A DNA stretch of 45,310 bases from a virus, in the IMG/VR virus record IMGVR_UViG_3300045988_086497, positions 1 to 45,310 of that record, one strand, 5' to 3'. The position numbers and the translations under genes were made by a program. Positions 31,992 to 41,037 of this stretch are shown in pieces; the stretch's first letter is position 1; each line of letters opens with the position of its first letter. The notes beneath the pieces were generated by a model. That model was not told where the DNA came from and did not search any database. It saw only the letters and a program-made list of their open reading frames with translations.

Positions 31992-32104
31992 CTTCCCAGC
32001 TAGGTTGCTACGGTTCTAGCAGACAACCTCCGAAAATATAGATAATTGACATGATGAAACGAACTCCATTAGGTCTGCTAGGATTATACCAGCCTAGCTG
32101 GAAG
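31992..32104 (+). other. 113-nt extended imperfect hairpin
   Basis: CTTCCCAGCTAGG (31992-32004) pairs with CCTAGCTGGAAG (32093-32104); TTCTAGCAGAC (32014-24) pairs with GTCTGCTAGGA (32073-83). Confidence 0.55.
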
Positions 32105-32126
32105 ACAAAAAAAGAAAGGAGCAAAC

Positions 32127-32327
32127 ATGAAACCAAAACGTTATCCGTATAGCGGAAAGAAAAAGCAACCTGAAAAACAGATTGCTATCGAAGTAAATGG
32201 ATTAAAGGCTGATGTAGCTTCGGTTGCTTCAAGAACGAACCAAATTTTTAGTCGAATTGTAGGTGATACTAAAGTTTCCGTAGGCAGCAATGGTGTAGAA
32301 CTAGAAGCACCTATTGTGATTTTGTGA
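32127..32327 (+). CDS. Hypothetical protein
   Basis: AAAGGAG RBS; 66 aa. Confidence 0.5.
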   Translation: MKPKRYPYSGKKKQPEKQIAIEVNGLKADVASVASRTNQIFSRIVGDTKVSVGSNGVELEAPIVIL

Positions 32328-32331
32328 AGAT

Positions 32332-32520
32332 ATGTGGAAAAAATTAAATCATATTTTGATTGAAAAAGGAATGACAAAAAAAGAACTTGCGGAAAAAGCA
32401 GGAATTAGTAAAAACACAATCCAAAACATTCGGAATAGTAAAATCTCATTTCGAAATATGGTCAAAATCGCTGACGCTTTAGAAGTCAGTTTAGACGAAT
32501 TTAGAAAGGATAATACATGA
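32332..32520 (+). CDS. XRE-family HTH protein
   Basis: MTKKELAEKAGISKNTIQNIRN HTH. Confidence 0.7.
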   Translation: MWKKLNHILIEKGMTKKELAEKAGISKNTIQNIRNSKISFRNMVKIADALEVSLDEFRKDNT

Positions 32521-32693
32521 AAAGCCAAAGCATTATCGTTTTTTACAAAAAAGGCTTCAAAAGAATATTTCTTTTTGAAGCCGACAACATCGATGATATG
32601 TTCCGAGCCCTTGAATATGATGCGTTCAAAGGCGAGAAAGGCAGAGCATATTTTTTGGTTGATGGTGTTGAGATTAAATTAACAGATAGCTAA
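32517..32693 (+). CDS. Hypothetical protein (58 aa)
   Basis: ATGA-coupled ORF below the track cutoff. Confidence 0.5.
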   Translation: MKSQSIIVFYKKGFKRIFLFEADNIDDMFRALEYDAFKGEKGRAYFLVDGVEIKLTDS

Positions 32694-33070
32694 AGCCCGA
32701 GAGTTTTTAACGCAATCGTAGAAGCAAGTTGTTGAAAAATGGTTAAAGAAGTAGAGCCGACTGATTTTATAATCTTCTCTTTAGTTTGGTTAAAAACAGT
32801 TTCGGAACGAATATCACTTAATAATTCGTGACCCGACCAAGTTAAATCAGTAAGACGTAAAACAGTTGTGGTGTTATTGCCAGAAATTTTCAAACCTGTA
32901 ACATATTCTTCTTGCAATAATTTTAAAGCGTTATATTGAATTTCTTCTTCATTATATTTAGACAATTTTTTATAAGATTTGAAATTCGCAAGAATTAGCT
33001 CATCTTTACGATTTGGGATTTCTTCGATTGTTAGCAAAATATCTCTAATGCAATCATAATTTAATTTCAC
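32690..33070 (-). CDS. DUF2513-like winged-helix protein, antisense to the early operon
   Basis: AGGAGG 8 nt before GTG 33070; own TGgTATAAT promoter at 33094-33102 (minus strand); N-terminal YDCIRDILLTIEE pattern. Confidence 0.6.
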   Translation of the reverse strand: MKLNYDCIRDILLTIEEIPNRKDELILANFKSYKKLSKYNEEEIQYNALKLLQEEYVTGLKISGNNTTTVLRLTDLTWSGHELLSDIRSETVFNQTKEKIIKSVGSTSLTIFQQLASTIALKTLGL

Positions 33071-33172
33071 AATAATCACCTCCTTTCGAGATGATTATAC
33101 CAAAAAAAGCCACTGAAAAATCAGTGACTTACAAAAAATAACTTACTTACATTATACCAGAAAGGAAACGTT

Positions 33173-33424
33173 ATGGATAGTGTAATGCAACAATTCTCTG
33201 ATTGGCTCAAGGGCATAATCAAGGAAACATTGAACAAGCTTTTGGAAATCGAACGGGACGACGGATTTAACGAGCTGATGAATGCTACAGAAACATGCAA
33301 GTTTTTAGGTATTGATTACAGCACGTTTCAGAAATACCGCTATTCAGACGATTTTCCAAAAGAATTGCCAGCCAAACGCTGGTCAAAACGAGCTATTAAG
33401 AAATGGCTTGAAAATCAAATTTAA
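33173..33424 (+). CDS. Excisionase-family / MerR-like HTH DNA-binding protein
   Basis: ELMNATETCKFLGIDYSTFQKY...RWSKRAIKKWLE resembles the excisionase-type HTH. Confidence 0.55.
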   Translation: MDSVMQQFSDWLKGIIKETLNKLLEIERDDGFNELMNATETCKFLGIDYSTFQKYRYSDDFPKELPAKRWSKRAIKKWLENQI

Positions 33425-33458
33425 AAGCTTCTGGACAAGGCTTAGAAAGAGGAAGAAT

Positions 33459-33644
33459 ATGACATATTTAATTATCGCAGTAGCAATTTTAGCGTTCGCT
33501 GAAGTCATCGCATTAACATTATTTGGCAAACGAGCCCGTAAGAAAGAAGAACCAGTCAAACAATGGCACTCTTATGAAGAAAATATGAAAACTTACAACA
33601 AACTTGTAGGTTTACCAGAAAATTCGGTTTTCGGAGAAAGATAA
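33459..33644 (+). CDS. Small membrane protein (61 aa)
   Basis: GAGGAAG RBS before the internal ATG at 33459; N-terminal TM helix. Confidence 0.5.
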   Translation: MTYLIIAVAILAFAEVIALTLFGKRARKKEEPVKQWHSYEENMKTYNKLVGLPENSVFGER

Positions 33645-34072
33645 TGAATAGATTGAAAGAATTACGCAAACGCAGAGGTTTAACACTCGCAGAGCTAAAA
33701 GACGAAATAAAAGACAAGCAAGGCGTGTCGTTTTCTACCAGTCAATTGTCTTCTTTTGAAAATGGTAAACGTTCCCCAAGAAAGGAAAGCGCATGGGAAG
33801 CAATAGCAGACTACTTTGGTGTTAGTGTTGCTTATTTATTAGCTTATGATGACAACGATTTTGAAAAACAAATTAGAATTGACACTTTAAATAACGTACT
33901 TAACAAATTGTACAAAACGTATGATTTATTGCTAGAAAAAATAGACGAAGAAGCTTTCTGGGGAGGTTTTAAAGCAGCAGAGCTGATAGTGCAAACGCAG
34001 AAAATGATATTAGAAATTCCAGAAAATGGCGAGGTTGTAGATGAAAAAAATGATTGTTTGGGCTCTCTTTGA
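33644..34072 (+). CDS. XRE-family HTH protein
   Basis: LKELRKRRGLTLAELKDEI...FENGKRSP HTH. Confidence 0.7.
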   Translation: MNRLKELRKRRGLTLAELKDEIKDKQGVSFSTSQLSSFENGKRSPRKESAWEAIADYFGVSVAYLLAYDDNDFEKQIRIDTLNNVLNKLYKTYDLLLEKIDEEAFWGGFKAAELIVQTQKMILEIPENGEVVDEKNDCLGSL

Positions 34073-34832
34073 CAGTGGTAATGGCTCATACACTAAAGCA
34101 ATTAAAACGCTAAACGAAACGAAAGAAGCAAACATTGATGTTTACCCAATTGGCATTGACATTGAGCATAAAAATAGCCATTTCATTGAGCTAGATTTAG
34201 CAGATTACAAGCGATTGTTTGGCGATAACACGTTGTTTGATACGTTAGATAAACTTCCAAAACCAGATTTAATCATAGCGAGTCCACCTTGCGAAAGTTG
34301 GTCGACCGCTAGCTCTATTAAAAACGGTAATGCTTGTTGGAAACAAGAAGATTTATCTGATAGTTTGTTCGTTCCACAGAAAGAACCAAGCATGTTTACC
34401 ATCAGAACGAGCAAGGATTATGAGGAAGCTTACAACAATTATTATTATGACAGGCAATTTATGAAGCGTGTCAACGGTGAGTTGTGTGTGTTTAATACTA
34501 TTGAAACCATCAAACGTTATGAGCCATCTTACTTTATTATCGAGAATCCAGCAAATGGTCGGATTTGGAAGTATATTGAGGACGTAATGGGATTTTGCCT
34601 ACCTTACAAAAATCAGACAAGATACAACAATTATGGCTATCCGCTACAAAAACCTACAAAATTTGCTAGCAATCTTTTTTTAAATCTCAATAATGAGGTG
34701 AAGCCATCAGAAGTTAAATGGGAATATTTTTCGAGGTCTTATAATGAGCGTTCAAATATTCCACAGAAGCTTTTGCTAGACATTTTAAAAACAGTAATAA
34801 AACATTTCGAGGAGTCCGAAAATGGAAAATAA
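34041..34832 (+). CDS. Compact C5-cytosine DNA methyltransferase-like protein
   Basis: LFDSGNGSY (motif I-like), IASPPCESWS (motif IV PC-like), IIENPANG (motif VI ENV-like); only 263 aa. Confidence 0.55.
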   Translation: MKKMIVWALFDSGNGSYTKAIKTLNETKEANIDVYPIGIDIEHKNSHFIELDLADYKRLFGDNTLFDTLDKLPKPDLIIASPPCESWSTASSIKNGNACWKQEDLSDSLFVPQKEPSMFTIRTSKDYEEAYNNYYYDRQFMKRVNGELCVFNTIETIKRYEPSYFIIENPANGRIWKYIEDVMGFCLPYKNQTRYNNYGYPLQKPTKFASNLFLNLNNEVKPSEVKWEYFSRSYNERSNIPQKLLLDILKTVIKHFEESENGK

Positions 34833-34926
34833 TTACGATTTTGACACAGACGAAATCATGGTGATTGATTTTGATAAAAACGGCTGGCAAGGATGCTGGG
34901 GCGAAAGAGAGAACGATAATGACTAA
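34822..34926 (+). CDS. Possible 34-aa acidic peptide
   Basis: GAGGAG RBS 7 nt upstream; overlaps neighbours at both ends. Confidence 0.3.
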   Translation: MENNYDFDTDEIMVIDFDKNGWQGCWGERENDND

Positions 34927-35257
34927 AGCAGATGAAATCAGAAAATATTACAGAGATAATCCGTCAGCTTCCGTGAAAGAAGTTGTTGAAGCAACAGGAA
35001 TTGCGGACGGAAAGGTTCGAGCTTACATTTCAAAAGATGTCAAAGCAGGGCGATGTATTAGGTCAGATAATGGTATTGATTATAGCAGTTTCTTTTACGA
35101 AGAAGAGGAACGCAGCAGTTTGATTGAATGGAAAAACGATGTTCGTAGAGAACTAATCGACCAATTGCTAGAAGCTAATCGCAGAGAAACCGCTAGCGAC
35201 CAAATTCGTTTAAATGCTAAAGAAATTAATAAGCTACTAAATGAGGTGAATCGATAA
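34919..35257 (+). CDS. Hypothetical protein (possible HTH)
   Basis: Internal ATG at 34919 preferred over 34865. Confidence 0.6.
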   Translation: MTKADEIRKYYRDNPSASVKEVVEATGIADGKVRAYISKDVKAGRCIRSDNGIDYSSFFYEEEERSSLIEWKNDVRRELIDQLLEANRRETASDQIRLNAKEINKLLNEVNR

Positions 35258-35392
35258 TGTACACATACGAATACCGCTGTTTAGACTGTGGCAAGCGTTG
35301 GGAAATTATTGATAGCTATCCACCGCTTGAATGTCCACTTTGCGAAAGTGAACAGATTTATCAACTATGGAAAGTGAGGGCGTACGATTGAG
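35258..35392 (+). CDS. Zinc-ribbon micro-protein (44 aa)
   Basis: CLDCGK...CPLCES (CxxC-N14-CxxC). Confidence 0.45.
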
Positions 35393-35675
35393 AATATATG
35401 TCAATAAACGCAAAGAATTGATTTTAGCACCAGAAGTTTTTGAAAAATACGGTGGTGTCAGTAACGAAACCATGCAAATTAAAGGTGGTGAATTTACAAA
35501 GGAAATCGAAAAAGAAGTCAACGAAGCTATGCAAGAAATTGTTGAGCGTTGGCAACCATTTTTCGACAATATTCCTACTGAAGCACTATTTGCTGAAAGG
35601 CAACGACAAGTTAAAAACTTTAGTGATTTCGAAACAGTACTAACAGAACTGGTCGAGGAGGAATTTGGTAAATGA
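35367..35675 (+). CDS. Hypothetical protein
   Basis: ORF ATGA-coupled to the following ATPase gene. Confidence 0.55.
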   Translation: MESEGVRLRIYVNKRKELILAPEVFEKYGGVSNETMQIKGGEFTKEIEKEVNEAMQEIVERWQPFFDNIPTEALFAERQRQVKNFSDFETVLTELVEEEFGK

Positions 35676-36346
35676 AACTTACTAACGCAAGCAATATCGA
35701 ACTTACCAGAAACTGGCGTATTCTGATTTATGGAAAACCTGGTCTTGGTAAGACGACATTAATTAAACAATTAAAGGGTAAAACGATAGTATTATCGCTT
35801 GATAACTCGCAACGTGTTTTGGCAGGTAGTGAAAACATTGACGTCGTAGAATTTGATAGAGAACATCCGACAGAATGCATGACTAACTTTTTGAAAGAAG
35901 TCGATGAAATTCTTCCGGAATACGACAATTTAGTCATTGATAACATTTCAAGTTTTCAATCGGATTGGTTCATTGAACAAGGACGAAAGTCAAAGAACGG
36001 TATCAGCAACGAATTGCAACACTATTCGCAATGGACGAACTATTTTTTGCGAGTGTTAACAGCAATTTATAGTAAGCCAATCAACATTTATGTGACGGCT
36101 TGGGAAGATACGCACGATTTAAATTTGGAAACAGGGCAAATTATAACGCAATATGTTCCGCAAATCAGAAATAGTGTTTTAAGTCAGTTATTAGGGCTTA
36201 CAGATGTTGTCGGGCGAATCATTGTCAATGAAAAAACGGGCGGTCGTGGGGTCGTTTTAGAAGGTTCTGAAGGCACGTATGCTAAGAACCGTTTAGATAA
36301 ACGCACAGTCTGCTCTATTGAGGAAGTGTTTGAGTTTGAAACTTAG
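35672..36346 (+). CDS. AAA/RecA-like ATPase (Sak4-like)
   Basis: Walker A YGKPGLGKTT; about 224 aa; precedes the helicase. Confidence 0.8.
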   Translation: MKLTNASNIELTRNWRILIYGKPGLGKTTLIKQLKGKTIVLSLDNSQRVLAGSENIDVVEFDREHPTECMTNFLKEVDEILPEYDNLVIDNISSFQSDWFIEQGRKSKNGISNELQHYSQWTNYFLRVLTAIYSKPINIYVTAWEDTHDLNLETGQIITQYVPQIRNSVLSQLLGLTDVVGRIIVNEKTGGRGVVLEGSEGTYAKNRLDKRTVCSIEEVFEFET

Positions 36347-37679
36347 AGATTATCAAGAAGAACTCATCAACGGTATCAAACAATCAATGCTTGACGGAAA
36401 TCATTCAATTATCGTCCAAAGTCCACCACGTTCTGGAAAGACCGTAGTAATGGCGCATATTGCAAAAGGCGCTACTGATAAAAATAATCAAGTATTATTT
36501 TTCAGCCACCGAAAAGAAATCAATGAGCAGGTTTATAAGACGTTTGAAAATAACAACGTCAATATGGATTTAGTAACTATTGGTGGTGTTCAGTCGCTAG
36601 TTAGAAAACTAGATAAGCTTGATGAGCCGACAATCATATTAATTGACGAAGGTCATCATAGTAAAGCAAGTAGTTACAGGAAAATTATTGATTATTTTCC
36701 AAATGCTTATAAGTTACTGTTCACTGGTACACCAATTCGTTTAGATGGTTCGGGTTTTGACGATATAGCCGAAGATATTATTTTGGGTAAATCTGTCAAA
36801 TGGTTACAAGAACATGGACGAATTGCACTGTTTAAGTATTATGCGCCACTAATGATTGATGTTGCTGGTCTCAAAAAACGAGCTGGAGAGTTTACGAAGC
36901 AGTCAGTAGACGAAACCATGAAAACAGTGATTTATGGCGATGTTATCAAGCATTACGAGAAGCTAGCTAAAGGCAAACAAGCTATTGTTTACACACACAG
37001 CGTAAAAGCTTCTGAGAATGTCTCTAAGGCATTTAATGACGCTGGCTATAATTCTATGGCAGTAAGTGGTAAAACGCCAAGAGAAGCGCGTGAGACGGCA
37101 ATGCGAGCGTTTAGAAACGGTGATTTAAAAATCATGGTTAACTGTGAGTTATTCACTGAAGGCATTGACCTACCAAACGTTGATGTTTGCGTTATGTTAA
37201 GACCAACGCAGTCGCTATCGCTTTACTTGCAATTTGCTATGCGAGCGTTAAATCCTCGTGAGGGCAAAACAGCAATCATTATCGACCACGTCGGAAACGT
37301 TGAACGCTTTGGCTTGCCTAACCAAGACCGTGAATGGTCGTTGCAAGGTGTGGTTAAGAAAAAACAAACCGCAAAAATTGGCGAGCCAACTGTTCGAGTA
37401 TGTGAAAAGTGTTTTGCCACTTACTGGTCGAGCACTCGTACGTGTCCTGAATGCGGATACGAAAGTCCCCTGACCAAAAAAGAAATAGAAATTATGCGAG
37501 AAGCTGAACTCGCTGAAATTAATGAATTAAAACAGCAAAAAATAAAAAAACGTGTTCAGACTTATGTTTCGCCAGATATGTGTCGAAATATGAATGAACT
37601 TAAGGAATACCGAGACCAGCACGGCTATAAGAATGGCTGGGTCTGGTACATGGCTAAAAAAATAGGAATTTTGAGGTAA
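36318..37679 (+). CDS. SF2 DEAD/DEAH-box helicase with C-terminal zinc finger
   Basis: SPPRSGKT, LIDEGHHS, CEKC...CPECG; the true start may be TTG 36336 (MKLRDYQ). Confidence 0.85.
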   Translation: MRKCLSLKLRDYQEELINGIKQSMLDGNHSIIVQSPPRSGKTVVMAHIAKGATDKNNQVLFFSHRKEINEQVYKTFENNNVNMDLVTIGGVQSLVRKLDKLDEPTIILIDEGHHSKASSYRKIIDYFPNAYKLLFTGTPIRLDGSGFDDIAEDIILGKSVKWLQEHGRIALFKYYAPLMIDVAGLKKRAGEFTKQSVDETMKTVIYGDVIKHYEKLAKGKQAIVYTHSVKASENVSKAFNDAGYNSMAVSGKTPREARETAMRAFRNGDLKIMVNCELFTEGIDLPNVDVCVMLRPTQSLSLYLQFAMRALNPREGKTAIIIDHVGNVERFGLPNQDREWSLQGVVKKKQTAKIGEPTVRVCEKCFATYWSSTRTCPECGYESPLTKKEIEIMREAELAEINELKQQKIKKRVQTYVSPDMCRNMNELKEYRDQHGYKNGWVWYMAKKIGILR

Positions 37680-37685
37680 AAAAAC

Positions 37686-38144
37686 ATGTCAGTATTTGAA
37701 ATTGATTATTCACAAGCACAAGAATTTGCAAAAGTAACAGACGGAACATATGAAGTTTTGATTGATAAAGCTGTTCAAAACGCTAGTCAAGGCGGAACAG
37801 ATTTCTTAGATATCCAATTCAAAATCCGTGAAGATTATAATCAACAGTTCAAGAACAATCGCATTTTTCATAAAATCTGGATTAACAAAGAAACGAAAAA
37901 ATACCCAGTTGGGCAAGTAATGAATCTAGCTAAGCAATCTGGTATTCCAGATGGAACTAAATTCAACAGTCTTGATGACTATTTAAATATGTTGGTTGGT
38001 AAACCGCTTAAAGTAACTGTCAAAAACGAAACATCTGAATACAACGGTAAAACATACGAGAATTTGAATGTTAAGCGTATCGAGAAATCAGAACTTTCAG
38101 GTATGCAAGCACCAGAAGTGAATGATATTGATTTGCCGTTCTAA
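37686..38144 (+). CDS. DUF669-like protein (possible ssDNA-binding accessory)
   Basis: Conserved position between helicase and prim-pol; size about 150 aa. Confidence 0.55.
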   Translation: MSVFEIDYSQAQEFAKVTDGTYEVLIDKAVQNASQGGTDFLDIQFKIREDYNQQFKNNRIFHKIWINKETKKYPVGQVMNLAKQSGIPDGTKFNSLDDYLNMLVGKPLKVTVKNETSEYNGKTYENLNVKRIEKSELSGMQAPEVNDIDLPF

Positions 38145-38146
38145 TT

Positions 38147-38947
38147 ATGCAAATGGTGGATTATGCACTTCACTATCAGCGTAATGGATTTTCAGTCATT
38201 CCTATCTCACCAGATAGTAAGAAACCGCTTGTTAGTTTTGCAGATAAGCCACCAGCCGACGAAATTACGATAAAACGTTGGTGGCGAGATTATCCAAACG
38301 CCAATATAGCCATTCGAACCGATTTATTCTTTGTCATCGATGTTGATATGCACGGTGATGTCAATGGTTTGGATAACTTAAGACGTTGGGAGCACGCAAG
38401 GTTGATACCAAAAACCTTGCAAGCAACCACGCCGAGCGGTGGACGTCACATATTCTTAAAAAAACGTGATGATATTAGTATTTCTCAAAATATTGGTTTC
38501 ATTGACGGCGTGGATTTAAAAGCACACGTTAACAACTATGTGTTAGTCGCTCCATCGAGCACCTCTAATGGGCAATATAAATGGGATATGGTTCACTCGC
38601 CAGAAAACGGCGAAATGACTGAAGCTCCTTACGAGTTAGTGAAAGTTTTGAAAGATTTAAAACCTGATATGCCGTCGTATGACTTTTCGAGTTTTGCGTA
38701 TCAAGGAAGTAACAAAACAGCTAAATTGTTAGAACAAATTATTTTTGGTTTTGGCGATAATGGTGGACGTAATAATGCACTTGCTGAATTTGTCGGCGGT
38801 TTGCTATTAAGGAATGTTGACATACAAGCTACCTATGAATTGGCTAAAATGGCTAATAACAACACGACAGAACCGCTACCAGAAAATGAATTTGAACGAA
38901 CTTTCAAAAGTATGTTAGATAAGGAGGTGAGAAGGCGTGGTGATTGA
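38147..38947 (+). CDS. Bifunctional DNA primase/polymerase (prim-pol) domain protein
   Basis: NGFSVIPI, FVIDVDMH, SGGRHIF motifs. Confidence 0.75.
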   Translation: MQMVDYALHYQRNGFSVIPISPDSKKPLVSFADKPPADEITIKRWWRDYPNANIAIRTDLFFVIDVDMHGDVNGLDNLRRWEHARLIPKTLQATTPSGGRHIFLKKRDDISISQNIGFIDGVDLKAHVNNYVLVAPSSTSNGQYKWDMVHSPENGEMTEAPYELVKVLKDLKPDMPSYDFSSFAYQGSNKTAKLLEQIIFGFGDNGGRNNALAEFVGGLLLRNVDIQATYELAKMANNNTTEPLPENEFERTFKSMLDKEVRRRGD

Positions 38948-40457
38948 TTTTGACTTCTACCGTGAGAAACTTAAAGAAATTGAAAGTGACGGTTTTAAGC
39001 CAAGTAAACCAACGAATTGGAAAGCATTAAAAAATAAATGTGTTGCTTATCGAACCGAGTGGTTGGAAAACGCCAACGCTCCAGAAACCGATAAAGATAA
39101 ATGGAAAACCAAGAGCCTAAGCGAGCTTGCAGTCGCACAAGGAATTGACAAACTTTGTCACGTCGTTACGTTGCCAAATGGTCGAGTGGCTATCTATGAC
39201 CCTGACAATGGTTACTACCACAAAGACCCTAAATTTGCTTATAAAATTATTCATTTATTGCAACCAACATTTAATGAAACCAAATGCCGTAACGTGCTAT
39301 TCATGCTTGCAAGTATCGACCGTGAGTATGAATATCAGTCTATGTACTGCGATTTTGAACCAGAATACAGAGATGTCAGGCGGTTCATTCTTGTAAAAAA
39401 TGGCATTTACGACAGACAAAAACGTAAATTGCTGCCATTTGATTATAAATTTATTAATTTCAGCACCATTGAAACCAAGATAGTTCCAGACGCTCCACTT
39501 CCTGCCATTGGCGGTTGGGACGTGGAGTCATGGCTCTTGGATTTAATGAGTGGTGACGAAGATCTTGTAAAGCTACTATGGCAGGTGATTTCAGCGTCAT
39601 TGAACGGCAATTACAGTTATCGAAAATCTATTTGGCTGGTTGGAAACGGTAACGATGGTAAAGGGACGTTTCAACAATTGATTACTAATCTAATCGGGAA
39701 CAGTAACGTTGCGCCTTTGAAACTGAACCAATTTGCAGAGCGGTTTGGCTTAGCGATTATCGAAGGTAAAACAGTGATCATCGGTGACGATGTCCAAGCA
39801 GGTATTTATGTTGATGAATCGTCAAATTTTAATAGTGTAGTGACTGGTGAACCAGTTTCTGTCGAAAAGAAAGGCGAAAATCCTTACATGGCTGTGTTCA
39901 AAAAAACAGTTATTCAGTCAACGAATGGCATGCCGTCTTTCAAAAATAAATCAAATGGTACGTACAGACGTATTATTATCATCCCGTTTTTAAAAACATT
40001 TAGTGCTAAAGATGACAATTGGTCGATTAAAGATGATTACATTAAACGCCCAGAAGTACTTGAATATGTTCTTTGGAAAGCTATCAATCTTGATTTTGAT
40101 AGATTTAGTGAGCCAAAAGCGACTGAAGAACAAATGAAAGTGTTCAAAAAAGACAATAATACTGTTCTCGCTTTTGTTGAAGAATGGTTTGATAATTTTG
40201 AATCTACAGCACTGCCCACACGTTTCTTGTGGTGGCTATATAAAGAATGGTGCAAAGAAAACGGCTATACAGCCTTAAAGAAAACAACGTTTGAAAAAGA
40301 GTTAGCTGGTAATATTCCAAACGGTTGGATTTTGAAAACCGCAAGAGTAAAAGGAAAATTCTTCCCAAATGAAGATGCGCCGACACATTACAACATTTTT
40401 CCTTGGAACAATGAAAAAGACCCTCAAAAAGCTTTCAAATGTTACTGCAAGGAGTGA
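38937..40457 (+). CDS. Phage/plasmid primase, D5 / P4-family NTPase
   Basis: Walker A VGNGNDGKGT; 506 aa; follows prim-pol. Confidence 0.8.
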   Translation: MVIDFDFYREKLKEIESDGFKPSKPTNWKALKNKCVAYRTEWLENANAPETDKDKWKTKSLSELAVAQGIDKLCHVVTLPNGRVAIYDPDNGYYHKDPKFAYKIIHLLQPTFNETKCRNVLFMLASIDREYEYQSMYCDFEPEYRDVRRFILVKNGIYDRQKRKLLPFDYKFINFSTIETKIVPDAPLPAIGGWDVESWLLDLMSGDEDLVKLLWQVISASLNGNYSYRKSIWLVGNGNDGKGTFQQLITNLIGNSNVAPLKLNQFAERFGLAIIEGKTVIIGDDVQAGIYVDESSNFNSVVTGEPVSVEKKGENPYMAVFKKTVIQSTNGMPSFKNKSNGTYRRIIIIPFLKTFSAKDDNWSIKDDYIKRPEVLEYVLWKAINLDFDRFSEPKATEEQMKVFKKDNNTVLAFVEEWFDNFESTALPTRFLWWLYKEWCKENGYTALKKTTFEKELAGNIPNGWILKTARVKGKFFPNEDAPTHYNIFPWNNEKDPQKAFKCYCKE

Positions 40458-40710
40458 TGTTACTGGCTTGTTACCGATACCAGTAACAACGAAATGCCTT
40501 TATTATCAACGTTTTTCACTATCATTGTTACTTGTTACTTATTTTTATTAATATTAATAAAAATAAAATAAATATAAATATATATAGAGAGAGAAAAGGC
40601 AAAAATGCCGAAACAAGTAACGGAAAATGATCAAACCCCTTGATATCAAAGGTTTCGGCGGTTACTTGTTGGTGTAACTGCATTAGTAACAAAGTCTAGA
40701 AAGGTGGTTT
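40458..40710. promoter_or_regulatory. Putative origin of replication (iterons + AT-rich tract)
   Basis: About ten GTTAC/GTAAC motifs, including tandem TTGTTAC x2 (40525-38); IRs GTTACTGG/CCAGTAAC (40459-87) and CAAGTAAC/GTTACTTG (40614-68); AT-rich tract 40539-40590. Confidence 0.6.
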
Positions 40711-41037
40711 ATGACAACAGAATCATTAATTCAAAGTAAAATACGTGTGGCTTTATCACAAGCAGGACACAGAGTGTTTCGAGCGAATGTTGGTAAAGTC
40801 AGAATGGCAGATGGACGTTTCTTTGATACTGGTTTGCCAAAAGGTTTTTCAGACTTGTTTGGTTTTCGAAAAGATGGACAAATATTTTTCATCGAAGTAA
40901 AAAACGAAACAGGTCGTGTGAGACCTGAACAAAAACAGTTCTTGGAAACAATGAGAAGCTTCGGGGGGCTAGCGGGAGTGGCTAGAAGTCCAGAAGAAGC
41001 ATTGGAGATTGTAAATGGGCACAGTAAACACAAATAA
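40711..41037 (+). CDS. VRR-NUC domain nuclease
   Basis: GFSDLFGF...IFFIEVK motif. Confidence 0.75.
   Translation: MTTESLIQSKIRVALSQAGHRVFRANVGKVRMADGRFFDTGLPKGFSDLFGFRKDGQIFFIEVKNETGRVRPEQKQFLETMRSFGGLAGVARSPEEALEIVNGHSKHK

Noticed and set aside
40369-40551. 60-aa ORF running from the primase gene end into the AT-rich region
   Set aside because: It overlaps the confident primase gene out of frame and continues through iteron/AT-rich DNA. It has no RBS.
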